64,000 nt of DNA from the human T2T-CHM13v2.0 reference genome, Homo sapiens. Each line of letters starts with the position of its first letter. Position 1 is the first letter of the stretch. Below the pieces are notes generated by a model, which made no database searches, was not told where the DNA came from, and saw nothing but the letters and a program-made list of their open reading frames with translations. The stretch is taken from the NCBI RefSeq assembly GCF_009914755.1, contig NC_060925.1; one strand, given 5' to 3'. The translations under genes were made by a program, and so were the position numbers. Below, piece after piece: positions 40,925-60,470 of this stretch.

Positions 40925-42059
40925 TCAGGGGTGTACAAAAAGATCTGACTACAGGAGAGATCGTCACGGCATTTTAATCAGAAACGAGAAAAATAGCTAC
41001 ATAAATTATGGTACGGCCTTAATTATTATGCAGCTATTAATAATCATGTTTCGGAAGAATAGGATTTGGGAAAAAAATAGAAAACATTTTTAAGTTAGGA
41101 AACATTTCAAATCAATAGGGTTTTGTTTGTTTTGTATTTTCAAGAAAAGGGTGCATATATGTGCACTGAAAAACAAAGGATAAAAAAAGACAACAAACAA
41201 AGGATAAATGCTTATACAAAACCTGGGTTCTGAAGTTAGGTGCTCTATTTGAATCCTGACTACCATTGTGTAACCTTGAGCAAGCTATTTCTCTGTGTGT
41301 CAGGACAATAGGATGACTGTGAGATTTAAATAATATAGTATATAGACATTGTTTGCAATAGTGTCTGACATGTAATAAGCATTCATGGAGGCACATAAAG
41401 ATTTAATGGCAAAGATGTAACAAGAACAGATCCTATGGATCCTGCTCTTTCAACCTTCTGTGACACCATTCACCTTTCAACAAAGAATTAACATATTTGA
41501 TTGAAGTGGAACGAGATGTATAAAGCTGATTTTTAAGGCTGGGCACGGTATCCTAGCACTTTGGGAGGCCGAGATGGGAGGACTGCTTGAGGCCAGGAGT
41601 TCGAGAGCAGCCTAGACAACATAGCGAGACCTGCCCCCTCCTGCCGCCACCCTCCCCCCACATAATCAATCAATAAACTGGGCGTGGTGGCACCTGGCTG
41701 TGATTCCTGCTACTGGAGAGGCTGAGGTGGGAGGATCGCTCTTGCCCAGGAGTTCAAGATCAGCTTGGGCAATGTGGTGAAACTCCCTCTCTACAAAAAA
41801 ATACAAAAATTAAAAACTAGCCGGGTGTGGTGGCGTGAGCCTATAGTTCCAGCTACTTAGGAGGCTGAGGTGGGAGAATCGCTTGGGCCCAGGAGGTGGA
41901 GACTGCAGTGAGCCAGGACGGAGTCACTGTGCTCCAGTCAGGGCACTGTATGTTGGATCTGCATGTTACAACATGCCCTAAGTGTGAAAAGCAAATCTTT
42001 CTAGCTGGCCCTAAGTGTGAAAAGCAAATCTTTCTAGCTGGCCCTTTGGACCCTTGAAA

Positions 42060-43689
<1,630 letters not shown>

Positions 43690-43690
<1 letters not shown>

Positions 43691-44392
43691 TATTATGGGC
43701 TGAATGTGTCCCTCTCAAACATCATGTTGAACACCATCCCCAGTACTTCAGAATGGGAATGTATTTGGAGACAGGGCCTTTAAAGAGGTGATTAAGGTAA
43801 AATGAGGTCACATGGATGGGCCCAATATGATTAGTGTCCTCATAAGAAGAGGGGATTAGGATATAGACAACATACAGACAATGGGCAACCACACAAGGAC
43901 ACAGTGAAAAGACAGGCTGCACTCCAGCCTGGCAACAGAGGGGAACTCCACCTCAAAAACAAAACAAAACAAAACAAAGCAAAACAACCACAAACAAAAA
44001 ATTAGCTGGGCAACCTGGTGGGTGCCACCTGTAGGATTACAAGATTATACCTATAATCCTAACACTTTGGGAGGCCAAGTGGGGAGGATCACTTGAGGCC
44101 AGGAGTTCAAGACCAGATTGGGCAACATAGTAAGACCCTGTGTCTATTTTTTTAAAAAAATTAGAAGATGAGCAATTACTCACAAATCAGTGTCAACCAT
44201 GATAGGAAAAACTCTATTCTTCACCATGGCCTAGTCAACATATTTATCAAGCCAAGGAAAGAGGGCATCAGGAGAAACCTAACTTGCTAACAACTTGATC
44301 TTCAACTTCCAGCTTCCAGAACTATGAGAAAATAAATTTCTGTTTAAGCCATTCAGTGGTACTTTGTTATGGCAACTCTAGAAAACTAATAC
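43690..44392 (+). mobile_element. MaLR solo LTR (MLT1A/B-like), interrupted by a 334-bp templated insertion
   Basis: tattatgggctgaatgtgtcc ... gaactatgagaaaataaatttctg ... aaactaataca. Confidence 0.7.
43917..44250 (+). repeat. Local direct duplicate of 45883-46220
   Basis: Shared non-Alu unique sequence (ttagaagatgagcaattactcacaaatcagtgtcaacc...catatttatcaa) plus the same composite Alu pieces. Confidence 0.9.
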
Positions 44393-44508
44393 AATTACTA
44401 TACAACAATTCATTATACATTTATACAATTCAGTATGTTACTGTAGAACAACGTTAAAACATTAAAAATGAATTAACCAGGGCCAGGTGCGGTGGCTCAC
44501 ACCTGTCA

Positions 44509-44814
<306 letters not shown>

Positions 44815-44978
44815 TCACAATGCTGAGCAAAAATGTAAGTTGCAGTAGACCACATATAGTTTGATGCCATTTATAAAAATTTTAAAAGCATAAACAGATT
44901 TTTAAGGAATATATACACATATAAACTCTAAAAGTCTAAAGAAATGCATGGCAGGGGTACATACCAAATTCAAGATAG

Positions 44979-45412
<434 letters not shown>

Positions 45413-45713
45413 TGATATGTATAAAGTCATTAATTATATTTTTTTTTCAGAAAGGCTATAGACCAATAATACTGACTTTTAATTTTTTTAAAACTAGAAG
45501 GGCCATAAGAAATGGCTGAATTCAGCCATTTTGTTTTACAGATTAGGGAACTGAAGACCGGAAACCTGTGTAACTTCTTCTGTTTTCTACAAATAGCTAG
45601 ACTAGAACCCAGATTTCCTGTCTTTTTATTCGAATCAATGGTTTGTGAGCATAGTTCTTAAAGAAGGAAGTGGTGATCACTCAGTTGAGTTTTTAAGCCA
45701 ATTTCCAATTTCA

Positions 45714-46010
<297 letters not shown>

Positions 46011-46409
46011 TTACACCTGTAATCCTAACACTTTGGGAGGCCAAGGTGTGGGGGAGGATCACTTGAGGCCAGGAGTTCAAGACCAGACTGGGCGACATAG
46101 TAAGACCCTGTGTCTATTTTTTTAAAAAAATTAGAAGATGAGCAATTACTCACAAATCAGTGTCAACCACGATGGGAAAAACTCTATTCTTCACCATGGC
46201 CTCGTCAACATATTTATCAACGTTTTGTTTTTTTTGATTGACTGAGATAGAGTCTGGCTCCATCACCCAGGCTAGAGTGCAGTGGAGCAATCTCGACTCA
46301 CTGCAATCTCCTCCTCCGGGTTCAAGCAATTCTCCTCCCTCAGCCTCCCGAGTAGCTGGGATTATAGGCGCCTACCACTGCACCCGGCTAATCTTTTTTG
46401 TATCTTTAG

Positions 46410-46532
<123 letters not shown>

Positions 46533-46746
46533 TAAATGAAGACGAATTAAAGATGTTGGTCAATATTTTGCCCAAATTGAAAAGGCTTATCTCTCTTAAC
46601 CTAGAGGAGGTTAACTGCAGCTCATCAATCATTGCACTTACCACATTCTTTTTACCTGGACAGTCTGATTCCTCCACTAGACAGATTTCAGGTCTTGTTT
46701 TGGAATCCTCTAGATTGGTGCTTGGCACAAGTAGGATGCTCAGCTA

Positions 46747-46780
<34 letters not shown>

Positions 46781-47742
46781 GTAGAGATGGTGTTCTCGCT
46801 TTCTTGCCCAGGCTGGTCTTGAACTCCTGGGCTTAAACGATCCTCCCACCTTGGCCTCCCAAAGGGTTGGGATTACAGGTGTGAGCCACTGCACCTGGCC
46901 TCAACAAATACCTGTTGATCTCACACAAACTGAATTGCATGAACAGATCATATTCCAAGGCTCCAGGAGACATTAGGAAAGGATCCAAACTAACCAGATG
47001 CTATTTAAAAGTTACAAAAAAAAAATTCCTGTTGAAAGTTTTAAAAAATACTAATTGCACAAAAGGACAGGGGAAATAGTTGACAGTGGTTCACCTAAAA
47101 AAGCACCCTTGACCTTTTTTTTTTTTTTTTGTGAGTGAGGTGGTTGCAGATTTCTATGAAAAAGAAGTTAATTCTTCAGCTCCTTAATGGAACCCTGGAT
47201 CTCCCAGCTATGCAGGAGGTTATGCTAGAAGTAGAACAAAGCGGAATGTACAAATTTAAGGAAGGTTACTGCCCTGTGTTCTTTTGCATGGGTCTGTATC
47301 TAGCATTGGGAGCCAGGTTTTGTTGTTGCTTATTGGGAGAGATAAGAATGGTATATACACAAATAACTAAAAAAAAAATACGTGGTAAATGCTAAAAGAC
47401 AGGTGCAAAGAACACTGAGATGGAGCTTTCTTGGGTTACACAGCCAGTTTTAATGTTTCCTAATATAGAAGAGCTTTCAACAAACCTCTCAGGCAGGCTG
47501 TCTTCAAATGACATTACTTCCCCCAAATACCTAATTTCATTTATTTCAGAACAACTCTAAATGTTAGAGGATTTTCTGAGCTTAAAAATACTGCCTTGTA
47601 ATTTCTATTGGTTTTAGTTCTGCACTTTGGAGAAGAGAATAAGGCTCCGTTATTTCCAATATTATACTATTCAGTTATTTGAAGACAGCTTCCAATTTCT
47701 ATGCTCAACCCTTTCCCTCTTTTTTTTTTTTTTTTTTTTTGA

Positions 47743-47847
<105 letters not shown>

Positions 47848-48599
47848 TAAGTAGCTGGGATTACAGGTGACCGCCACCATGCCCCGCTAATTTTTTGTAT
47901 TTTTAGTAGAAACGGGGGTTTCGCCATGTTGGGCAGGATGGTCTCGAACTGCTGACCTCAGGTGATCCGCCCGCCTCGGCCTCCCAAAGTGCGCTGGGAT
48001 TACAGGGGAGAGCCACTGCGCCCGGCCTCCCTCGTTTATATGCAGGTTAAAAACTCCCTTGAGCCTTCAACTATTTCTTTTTCTTTTTTTTTTTTTTTTT
48101 TGAGGAGTTTCGCTCTTGTTGCCCAGGCTGGAATGGCGCTATCTCGGCTCACTGCAACCTCCGCCTCCCAAGTTCAAACGATTCTCCTGAGTAGCTGGGA
48201 TTACAGGCATGCGCCACCACACCCGACTAATTTTGTATTTTTAGTAGAAACAGGGTTTCACCATATTGGTCAGACTGGTCTCGAACTCCTGACCTCAGGT
48301 GATCCGCCTGCCTTAGGCCTCCCAAAGTGCTGGGATTACAGGCGTGAGCCACAGCGGCTGGTGCTTTCAACTATTTATTTGACATGGCTTCAAGCTTCCT
48401 TGCCACCCTAGTGCCGCCATCGCTCCGTTTCCCTTCCCTACCACCCTTGGGGAGTAAGGGTGAGGACTGGGGAATGGCAGAGGAAGCGTAGTTTTTCCGA
48501 AGAGCTGAAGGCAGCCTGTGATTATGACCTTAGCTCTTCCTCTTCTCTGTTTTCTGATCTCCTAATACACGTCTGTAAATATCACAAGACCCTGCAAGT

Positions 48600-49150
48600 C
48601 CCTCACTTATTATCTCTTCAAATCTGACGACTTTCAACCGTTCGGGCCCCACGACTCTCTCCCCGGACTAGGATCTACTCTATGGTAGTGAGCTCAGCCT
48701 TTCTAGCTCTCTAGTCCTCCCATTGCTCCATCTATGGTTTCCGGAGGCCTCACCGGAAGCCCTCGTGTGAGGCCGTGTGGGAGGCCGGAAGTTGCGGCTT
48801 CATTACTCGCCATTTCAAAATGCTGCCGAGGCCCTAGGATCTGTGACTGCCACCCCTCCCCCCACCCGGGCTCGGCGGGGGAGCGACTCATGGAGCTGCC
48901 GTAAGGTGTGGCTCTTGGCCTTCGTCGGCGGGGTGCCGGGAGCGGGAGCTGGAGAGTGAGGAGCAGGCGGCCGTACCGCCAGTTGTGCGGGTAGCGGGCG
49001 GGAGGAGCTTGAGAGGTGGGTCGGGCGGCGTGGGGAAGGCCGCGCCAGGCGGAAGAAGGGCTCGGGGGGAGGGGAAGAGTTGTGGGATGAGGGCTCGCGG
49101 AAGATAAAAGTGGAGGTGGGGTGACGTGAAGTAACTTTGGCCAACAGGTG
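48600..49150 (+). promoter_or_regulatory. MDM4: MDM4 P1 promoter / CpG island
   Basis: CpG-rich; ETS motifs TTCCGG (48739), CCGGAAG (48753), CCGGAAGT (48785); YY1-like CGCCATTT (48808). Confidence 0.85.
48775..48905 (+). other. MDM4: MDM4 non-coding exon 1 (5' end approximate)
   Basis: Matches the recalled MDM4 mRNA leader ending ...gagctgccgtaag; donor AAG|GTGTGG at 48905/48906. Confidence 0.8.
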
Positions 49151-49761
49151 ACAAACCTAAAGTCGACGTAGTTGGATTGAGTTTAACTGGACACAACATT
49201 TGAGGACTGTTGAGGCAATTTGGAGAAAGGAGGTGGGAGAGAGGGAACCGGGTAGAATGACATTGACGTGTCTTAAGTTTTTAAGTTAGTTTTTAGGTCT
49301 GCGGACAGTCTACCTTAGAGGCACTTGAGTGCTTGTTTGAAAATGCTTGTTTTGGCTTGGCGCGGTGGCTCACGCCTGTAATCCCAGCACTTCAGGAGGC
49401 CGAGGTGGGTGGATCTACCTGAGGACAGGAGTTCGAGACCAACCTGGCCAACCTGGTGAAACCCCGTCTCTAGTAAAAATACAAAAATATTAGATGTGTG
49501 TGGTGGCGCATGCCTGTAATCCTAGCTACTCGGGAGGCTGAGGCAGGAGAATCACTTGAATCCGTGGGCGGGGGTTGCAGTGAGTCGAGATCGCGCCACT
49601 GCACTCCAGCTTGGGCTACAGAGGGAGATTCCGTCTCAAAAAAAAAAAAAGAAAAAATGTTCGTTTTGGGGCCACACTGAAACCTACAGACAGTATCGAG
49701 ATGGGGCTCAGAGAAATATATTTTAATGAGCACACCTCCCAGTGATTTTTGTATACCTTAA

Positions 49762-50034
<273 letters not shown>

Positions 50035-51736
50035 TGATCCGCCCACCTCGGCCTCCGAAAGTGTTGGGATTACAGGCGTGAGCCACCGTGCCCGGCCGAA
50101 AACCACAGTTTAAAAGCAACACCCGGAGAAAATGCTGCAGCTCTGTGCTGTTGGCACGTGGAACTAGTATCTGTCAAAGATACTTGGAACCTCTTGGTGT
50201 TAAGTATTACTGTATCTCAGTTTAGATTTAGTCTTCTCTCTCCTCATACATTTTTTTTTTAATAGATGGGATTTCGGCCAGGCCCAGTGGCTCACACCTT
50301 TAATCCCAGCACTTTGGGAGGCCAAGGGGGCAGGTTTGCTTGAGTCTCGGAGTTCGACACCAGCCTAGGCAACAAACTGAGCCCCATCTCTGCAAAAAAT
50401 AAAAAAATCAGTGTCATAGAGCGAGCTTCCAGTCCCAGCTACCCAAGAGACTGAGGTGGGAGGATTGCTTGATCCCAGGAGGTAAAGGCTGCAGCAAGCC
50501 GGGATGGAGCTACTGCACTCTAGCTTAGGCGACAGCGCGAGAGCCTGTCTCAAAAAAAGAGATGAGGTCTCACTGTGTGCTCAGGCTGCAGTGCAGTGGC
50601 TATTCACAGGTGTGATCATTGCACACTACAGCCTGAAACTCCTGGACTCTAGGGATCCTCCTGCCTCAGCCCTCCGGAATAGCTGGGACTACAGGCACAG
50701 GCCACCGGCTGCAGTTGGTTTTTTAAGATTCTATAACAATCGTTAATCTTTAATTAAAGATTTAATCTTCCCAGTTTAATCTTCCCACTTTAATCTTCCC
50801 TGCCGTCCCAGGTCCTGTAGAACACCTACGTTCTGGATTTGACTTATTAACTGCTTGCTCTCCATTTTCCCTAGTAACTTGCAGTTAGTAGGTAGGTCTA
50901 GATTTGGATTATTTATCTTTTGGTCAGGAATACTTAATAGGTGTTGTGCTAGTTTCTTGTTGCTTCATAATCAAGTAGTATATGGTGTGTGAATGACCCT
51001 CTTTTAGTGATAAGGTTGGGGATGGTGGAATGGTCAGCCTACTCCACGTGTTTTCTTTCCACCCCAACCTTTCACTCAGATGGCTTTAGCATCCCCTACC
51101 CCTGCCACTGGAGTGAAGTGGTATGATCTTGGCTCACTGCAACCTCTGCCTTCTGGGTTCAAGCTATTCTTCTGCCGCAGCCACGCAAGTAGCTGGATTA
51201 CAGGCGTTGTGCCACCACGCCCAGCTAATTTTTGTATTTTCAGTAGAGAGAGGTTTTCATTATGTTGGCCAGGCTGGTCTTGAACTCCTGGCCTCAATCT
51301 GCCTGCCTTGGCCTCCCAAAGTGCTGGGATTACAGGTGTGAGCCACTGCTTCTGGCCTGGAATCTCGTGATGACTGTTGAAGAGGTGACATTTAACCTGA
51401 GACTTGAAGGTTTAGGATGAATCAGTTTTGTACAAAACTCACAGTGCTCCAAATGAAGGGACGATTTGTGCAAAGGCCCTGTTTGAGAAACTAAAAGATC
51501 AGGGTGGCTGAGGCTCAAGATACGACTAAACAGTGCAAGATAAGAGTGAAAATGTGCTGAGGGGATAGACCACGTGTTTATCTTTACAGCAATAGCAAGC
51601 TGTTGAGCAGGGCCTGACACTATAGGATTTTTTTACTTTTTAAAATGCTTTTGGCAGGCTGGGCCAAGGTGGGCGGATCACCTGGTTGGGAGTTCGAGAC
51701 CAGCCTGACCAACAAAAAGAAACCGCGTCTCTACTA

Positions 51737-51901
<165 letters not shown>

Positions 51902-52026
51902 TCAAAAAATATATGTATATGAAAAAGAAAAATACAGTGGTTGGATTAAAGAACATTGGCCTGGCATGGTGGCTCATGCCTGTAATCCCAGCACTTTGGG
52001 AGGCTGAAAAGGATTGCTTTAGCTCA

Positions 52027-52251
<225 letters not shown>

Positions 52252-53599
52252 TTATGGAATCACAGATGGAATAAATAACAGAACGGATACAACTGAGGAA
52301 TGAATTAGAATTCTAGAAGGAGAAAATCTAGAACAAAGAAAGAGAAAAATATAAACGAAAAACTAAGAGATAAGAAAGAACTACCATTTTAGGCTGGGCG
52401 CGGTGGCTTATGCCTGTAATCCCAGCACTTTGGGAGGCCGAGGCGGGCGGATCACGAGGTCAGGAGATCGAGACCATCCTGGCTAACATGGTGAAACCCC
52501 GTCTCTACTAAAAATACAAAAAATTAGCCAGGCGAGGTGGTGGACGCCTGTAGTCCCAGCTACGCGGGAGGCTGAGGCAGAAGAATGGCATGAACCCCGG
52601 GGGGTGGAGCCTGCAGTGAGGGGAGATCTCGCCACTGCACTCCAGCCTGTGCGACAGAGCGAGACTCCATCTCAAAAAAAAAAAAAAAAAAATGAATTTT
52701 GATATGACAGTAGGAATTAATCTATGTTAGTGGAACAAAATTTCCCAAATTACATGCAACATCCCTGCTTTTTTTTTTTTTTAATAATTAAGAGCAACTA
52801 AACTAAAAATACTTTTTAGGAATCCATTTTGATGCAGTAAAATGTATAAAAAGGAAAGCAAGGGAAATGAAAACAATAGGGTTCAGGATGATTATTATTG
52901 CAGGAAGGCAGCAAAATGGGATGGGGGATATTATCGTTAAATATAGGTTATGATCAGAGTCTTAGTTTGTGGAAGATTATTGCGTTAAAAATAATCCAGG
53001 CCAGGTGTGGTGGCTCATGCCTGTAATCCCAACACTTTCGTTGAGAGAATCACTTGAGGCCAAGAGTTTGAGACTAGCCTGGGCAACATAGCAAAATCCT
53101 GTCTCTACAAAAAATAAAAAAATTAGCCAGGAATGGTGGCGCATGCCTGTAGTCCCAGATAATCAGGAGACTGAGGTGGGAGGATTACTTGAGCCCAGGA
53201 GGTCGAGGTGGCAGTGAGCTATGTTTGTGCCACTGTACTCCAGCCTGGGTGACAGAACAATACCCTGTCTCAAAAAAATTATGAAAATAAAAAGGTAAAA
53301 ATAAGTAAAATGGGCCATGTGTGGATGAATAATCAGCATATGTCTTGAATAAAAGAGTTATGATTAATTCTGTGTACTTGAGGTCTAATGGGAAAAAATG
53401 CTGCTAAACGGGGATGTTAGTGCTTGTCTGAGTTTGAAATCTTGACTCCAACAACTTACTCATTGGGTGATCTTGGACAAATAACTTCTGTTTCTCTTTC
53501 CTGATCTGTAAAATAAGGATAATAGCTACATAATAGGGCTGTTTTGGTATTAAATGGGTTTATATGTATGCCTGGTACATAATAGGCTTGATGAGTCCT

Positions 53600-54130
53600 T
53601 ACCATTTGTTTCAATTATCTAATGCTATGGAATAAACCACCCCAAAACTTAGTGAGTTGAAACAGTCATTTTATTTATTTTTCATTCAGTGGGATGATAG
53701 GCTGAGTTGGATAGTTCTTGTGGTTTTGTGGTTTGTCATGCAGCTGTTAAGTCAGGTGCAGCTGAGGCTGGAACGTGTGTGATGCTTTGTTTTGTTTTCT
53801 TTCTTTTTTTTAAGGACACCTCGAGACCGTTGAGTAAGTGCTTTGTTGTAGTCAGGTGGCAACTGGGGCTGGAAGATGTGTGGTGCTTTGGAGGGTATGG
53901 CTAAGAGTCTGGGCTCAGCTGGGCAACTGCACCTCCCTCTCCTTGTAGCCTTTTTGTGTAGTCTCCAGTAGAGTAGCCAGATTTCAAGCACCTCCAAAAG
54001 TACAAAACATGAGCCTGCCAGGCCTGGAATTGTCACATTATCACCTGCTGCATTCTATTTATTAAGTCATAGGGCCAGTTAGGGAGCGTGGTTCATTGGG
54101 AGCCATTTTTGGAAACGGTCTGCACATTAT
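53600..54130. mobile_element. Old MaLR LTR fragment (MLT1-like)
   Basis: aaaccaccccaaaacttagtg...aaacagtcattttattt motif. Confidence 0.45.
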
Positions 54131-54772
54131 AATTAATGTTTCTATCTACCATGTTGCTCTACCATGTATGTAGTTGTCAGATTTAGACACTGGAAATGTA
54201 TAAATAGACAGTTACAAATTCCTGTCCACTTGTAGCTTATATTTTACATAATAAATAATTAAAATATGTAGTGTTTTGGTTGGTAAAAAGGTTGGTAGGG
54301 AAAAATAAAGCAGGGAAGGAGATAGGGAATACAAGCGGTTGGGAGTTTTAGTTTTAAAAATGGGTGTTCATATGAGGCCTTGTTGACAAACTGTCATTTG
54401 AGCATAGACAAAAAGAAGGATAAGAATTAGAGGGCAGGCTAGGAGTGGTGGCCCATGCCTGTAATCCCAGGGATTACAGCACTTTGGGAGGCTGAAGCAG
54501 GAGGATCACTTGAGCCCAGGAGTTTGAGACCAGCCTGGGCAACATAGCAAGACCCCGTCTCTACAAAAAATAAATTAGCTGGGCATGGTGGCATGCACCT
54601 GTAGTCCCAACTACTTGGGAGGCTGAGGTGGGAGGACTGCTTGAGCCCAGGAGGTTGAAAGGCTGCAGTGAGCTGTGATTGTGCCACTGCACTCCAGCCT
54701 GAGTGACAGAGTGAGACTCCATCACACACACACAAAAAAAGCAAATGAGGAAGTAGGTGATGAGATCAATAG

Positions 54773-55018
<246 letters not shown>

Positions 55019-55254
55019 TGACCTCATGATCTGCCTGCCTCATCTGGGGAGTACAATCCCAAAGTGCTGAGATTATAGGCGTGAGCCACCATGCCTGGCC
55101 CACTTCTGAATTTTAAATTGTGCTTGTTTCCTATTTGACTTATTTTATAGCAAAGTAAGGTAATGGGAGAGGGAGGAATTTATACTTGATTACAGCTATA
55201 AGCCTTTTCAGAAGCATGAGGGATCTTGTTATCTTCAGCCAGTGTATTTACTGA

Positions 55255-55386
<132 letters not shown>

Positions 55387-55646
55387 TAGCTGGGATTACA
55401 TGCATGTGCCACCACGCTCGCCTAATTTTTGGAGCTTTAGTAGAGACGGGGTTTCACCATGTTGGCCAGGCTGGTGTTGAACTCCTGACCCCAGGTGATC
55501 CACCTTCCTCAGCCTCCCAAAGTGCTGGGATTACAGGCATGGGCCAGCGTGCCCGGCTGATAGTCTTAAAAAAATTTTTTTTTGTCCAGACGTGGTGGCT
55601 CATGCCTGTAATCCCAGCACTTTGGGAGGCTGAGGCAGGCGGATCA

Positions 55647-56682
<1,036 letters not shown>

Positions 56683-57067
56683 TCTCAAACTCCTGACCTC
56701 AGGTGATCTGCCCATCTTAGTCTCCCAAACTGTTAGGATTACAGGCGTGAGCCACTGCACCTGGCCTATTCTAGTCGCCATTTACCCTTTCCCTGATGTG
56801 GCTTGTTAGTCATCAGTTTTAATAATTGTTGCCTTTTGTTAGAAAAAGGCATAAATGAAGGTTAACTTAAGTTTATTTAAAAATCTATTTTCCGGCTGGG
56901 CATGGTGGCTCACGCCTGTAATCCCAGCACTTTGGGAGGCTGAGGTGGGCGGATCACGAGGTCAGGAATTTGAGACCAGCCTGACCAACAGGGTGAAACC
57001 CCGTCTCTACTAAAAATACAATAATGAGCTGGGCGTGGTGGCGTGTGCCTGTAATCCCAGCTACTCA

Positions 57068-57169
<102 letters not shown>

Positions 57170-57442
57170 TCAAAATAAATAAATAAATAAACAATCTATC
57201 TTCCTTCTCTGTAGCTTTTGTTTTTTTAAGGATAAAAGGTAGGTGAAAGATTTTCATTGAACTTTACTCTGTATTTCACTTCATGCTACATCTTTTCTTT
57301 GATGGTATATGTCCATCTCGGTTTAACCCATTTTGTAGGTTTGTAATTGCTGTGTTTTTTTCTGGGGTTGGTACATTTACAAGCTGTTTTAACTGGTACT
57401 TAAAATGTTGACTCTTAGTTAACTTTCTATGGTCCTTTGTCA

Positions 57443-57462
57443 AGACATGTTCCAACATGTTG
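57443..57462 (+). promoter_or_regulatory. MDM4: p53 response element of the MDM4 intron-1 P2 promoter
   Basis: AGACATGTTC-CAACATGTTG: two RRRCWWGYYY half-sites with no spacer; the first is perfect, the second has 2 mismatches. Confidence 0.85.
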
Positions 57463-57724
57463 TAGAGGTTTTCCTAGAAGTCCTGTTGGAATCTTAAAAC
57501 CTGTGACTTACCTTGGTAAATCCCCAGTCTTGCATCTAGAGAGTGCTCTACCTGATAACCATTGGGGAGATAATGATTTGACTTTCAGCTAAAACAGTTT
57601 ACTGATTAACATCAGTTGGAGGTTGGAGCGTGCCTGAAACTGTTACTGTTTCAGCCTTCACCTGAGAGAAGCTTGGACGATTCTTACTCTTAATTAAATC
57701 AGAACTAGAAAGTAGTCAGAAGAT

Positions 57725-57743
57725 ATGCAGAACCTCAGCAAGG
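57725..57743 (+). CDS. MDM4: Coding end of MDM4 alternative exon 1beta (HDMX-L N-terminal extension)
   Basis: ATG CAG AAC CTC AGC AAG G|gtatac. Spliced to exon 2 (57881) this gives an in-frame 18-aa extension MQNLSKVLPTDCSFFTTK before the canonical Met. Confidence 0.75.
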
Positions 57744-57915
57744 GTATACAGCATTTGTGTACGGTGCTCCATTATATGTGTCATATGTGTCTTTTACTTC
57801 TGCTGGTTGCCTTTGTGTGAATGCTAAATAGGGAATTTTCTGCATTAGAATAGATGTTATAAATTTTTTTTTCTATTTAGTTTTACCAACAGACTGCAGT
57901 TTCTTCACTACCAAA

Positions 57916-57993
57916 ATGACATCATTTTCCACCTCTGCTCAGTGTTCAACATCTGACAGTGCTTGCAGGATCTCTCCTGGACAAATCAATCAG
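57916..57993 (+). CDS. MDM4: MDM4 exon 2 coding part (exon starts 57881), MTSFSTSAQCSTSDSACRISPGQINQ
   Basis: Recognised MDMX N-terminus; acceptor tttag|tttt at 57880/57881; donor CAG|GTAAAT. Confidence 0.96.
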
Positions 57994-58059
57994 GTAAATC
58001 ATTTTCGGTATTTCTAGTTTTTTGGTTTTTTTTTTTTTTAATTTTTAAAAAGTTTAGCT

Positions 58060-60085
<2,026 letters not shown>

Positions 60086-60470
60086 TTATTTTAAACACAT
60101 GCATTTAAATAACTTATTTAGCTTCTGAAGTTTTTTAAAAAACAATTTGTATTCTTTAAGTGGAAAAGACTCAGTATTAAAATGTTAATGTTGGGAACTG
60201 CTTTCATTTGGTGGGGTAGATATCTAACCCTTCCTAAAGAGAAGAAACAAAATTATCAGGCTTTTTTTTTTTTCGAACTTAAAACCTTCACACCTATCAA
60301 CACTGCCACACTCCAGAACCATTACACTTCTCAAGGAGACAAATCTGGAGGCATTTCTGATTTTTTAGAATACCTATATTACTTTTACGATTTTAAATTA
60401 AGCACATCGTTTTGGAGTATAAAATTTGACACGTAAGACCTTTTTTTCCCCAAACTTATTAAAGTCTGGA

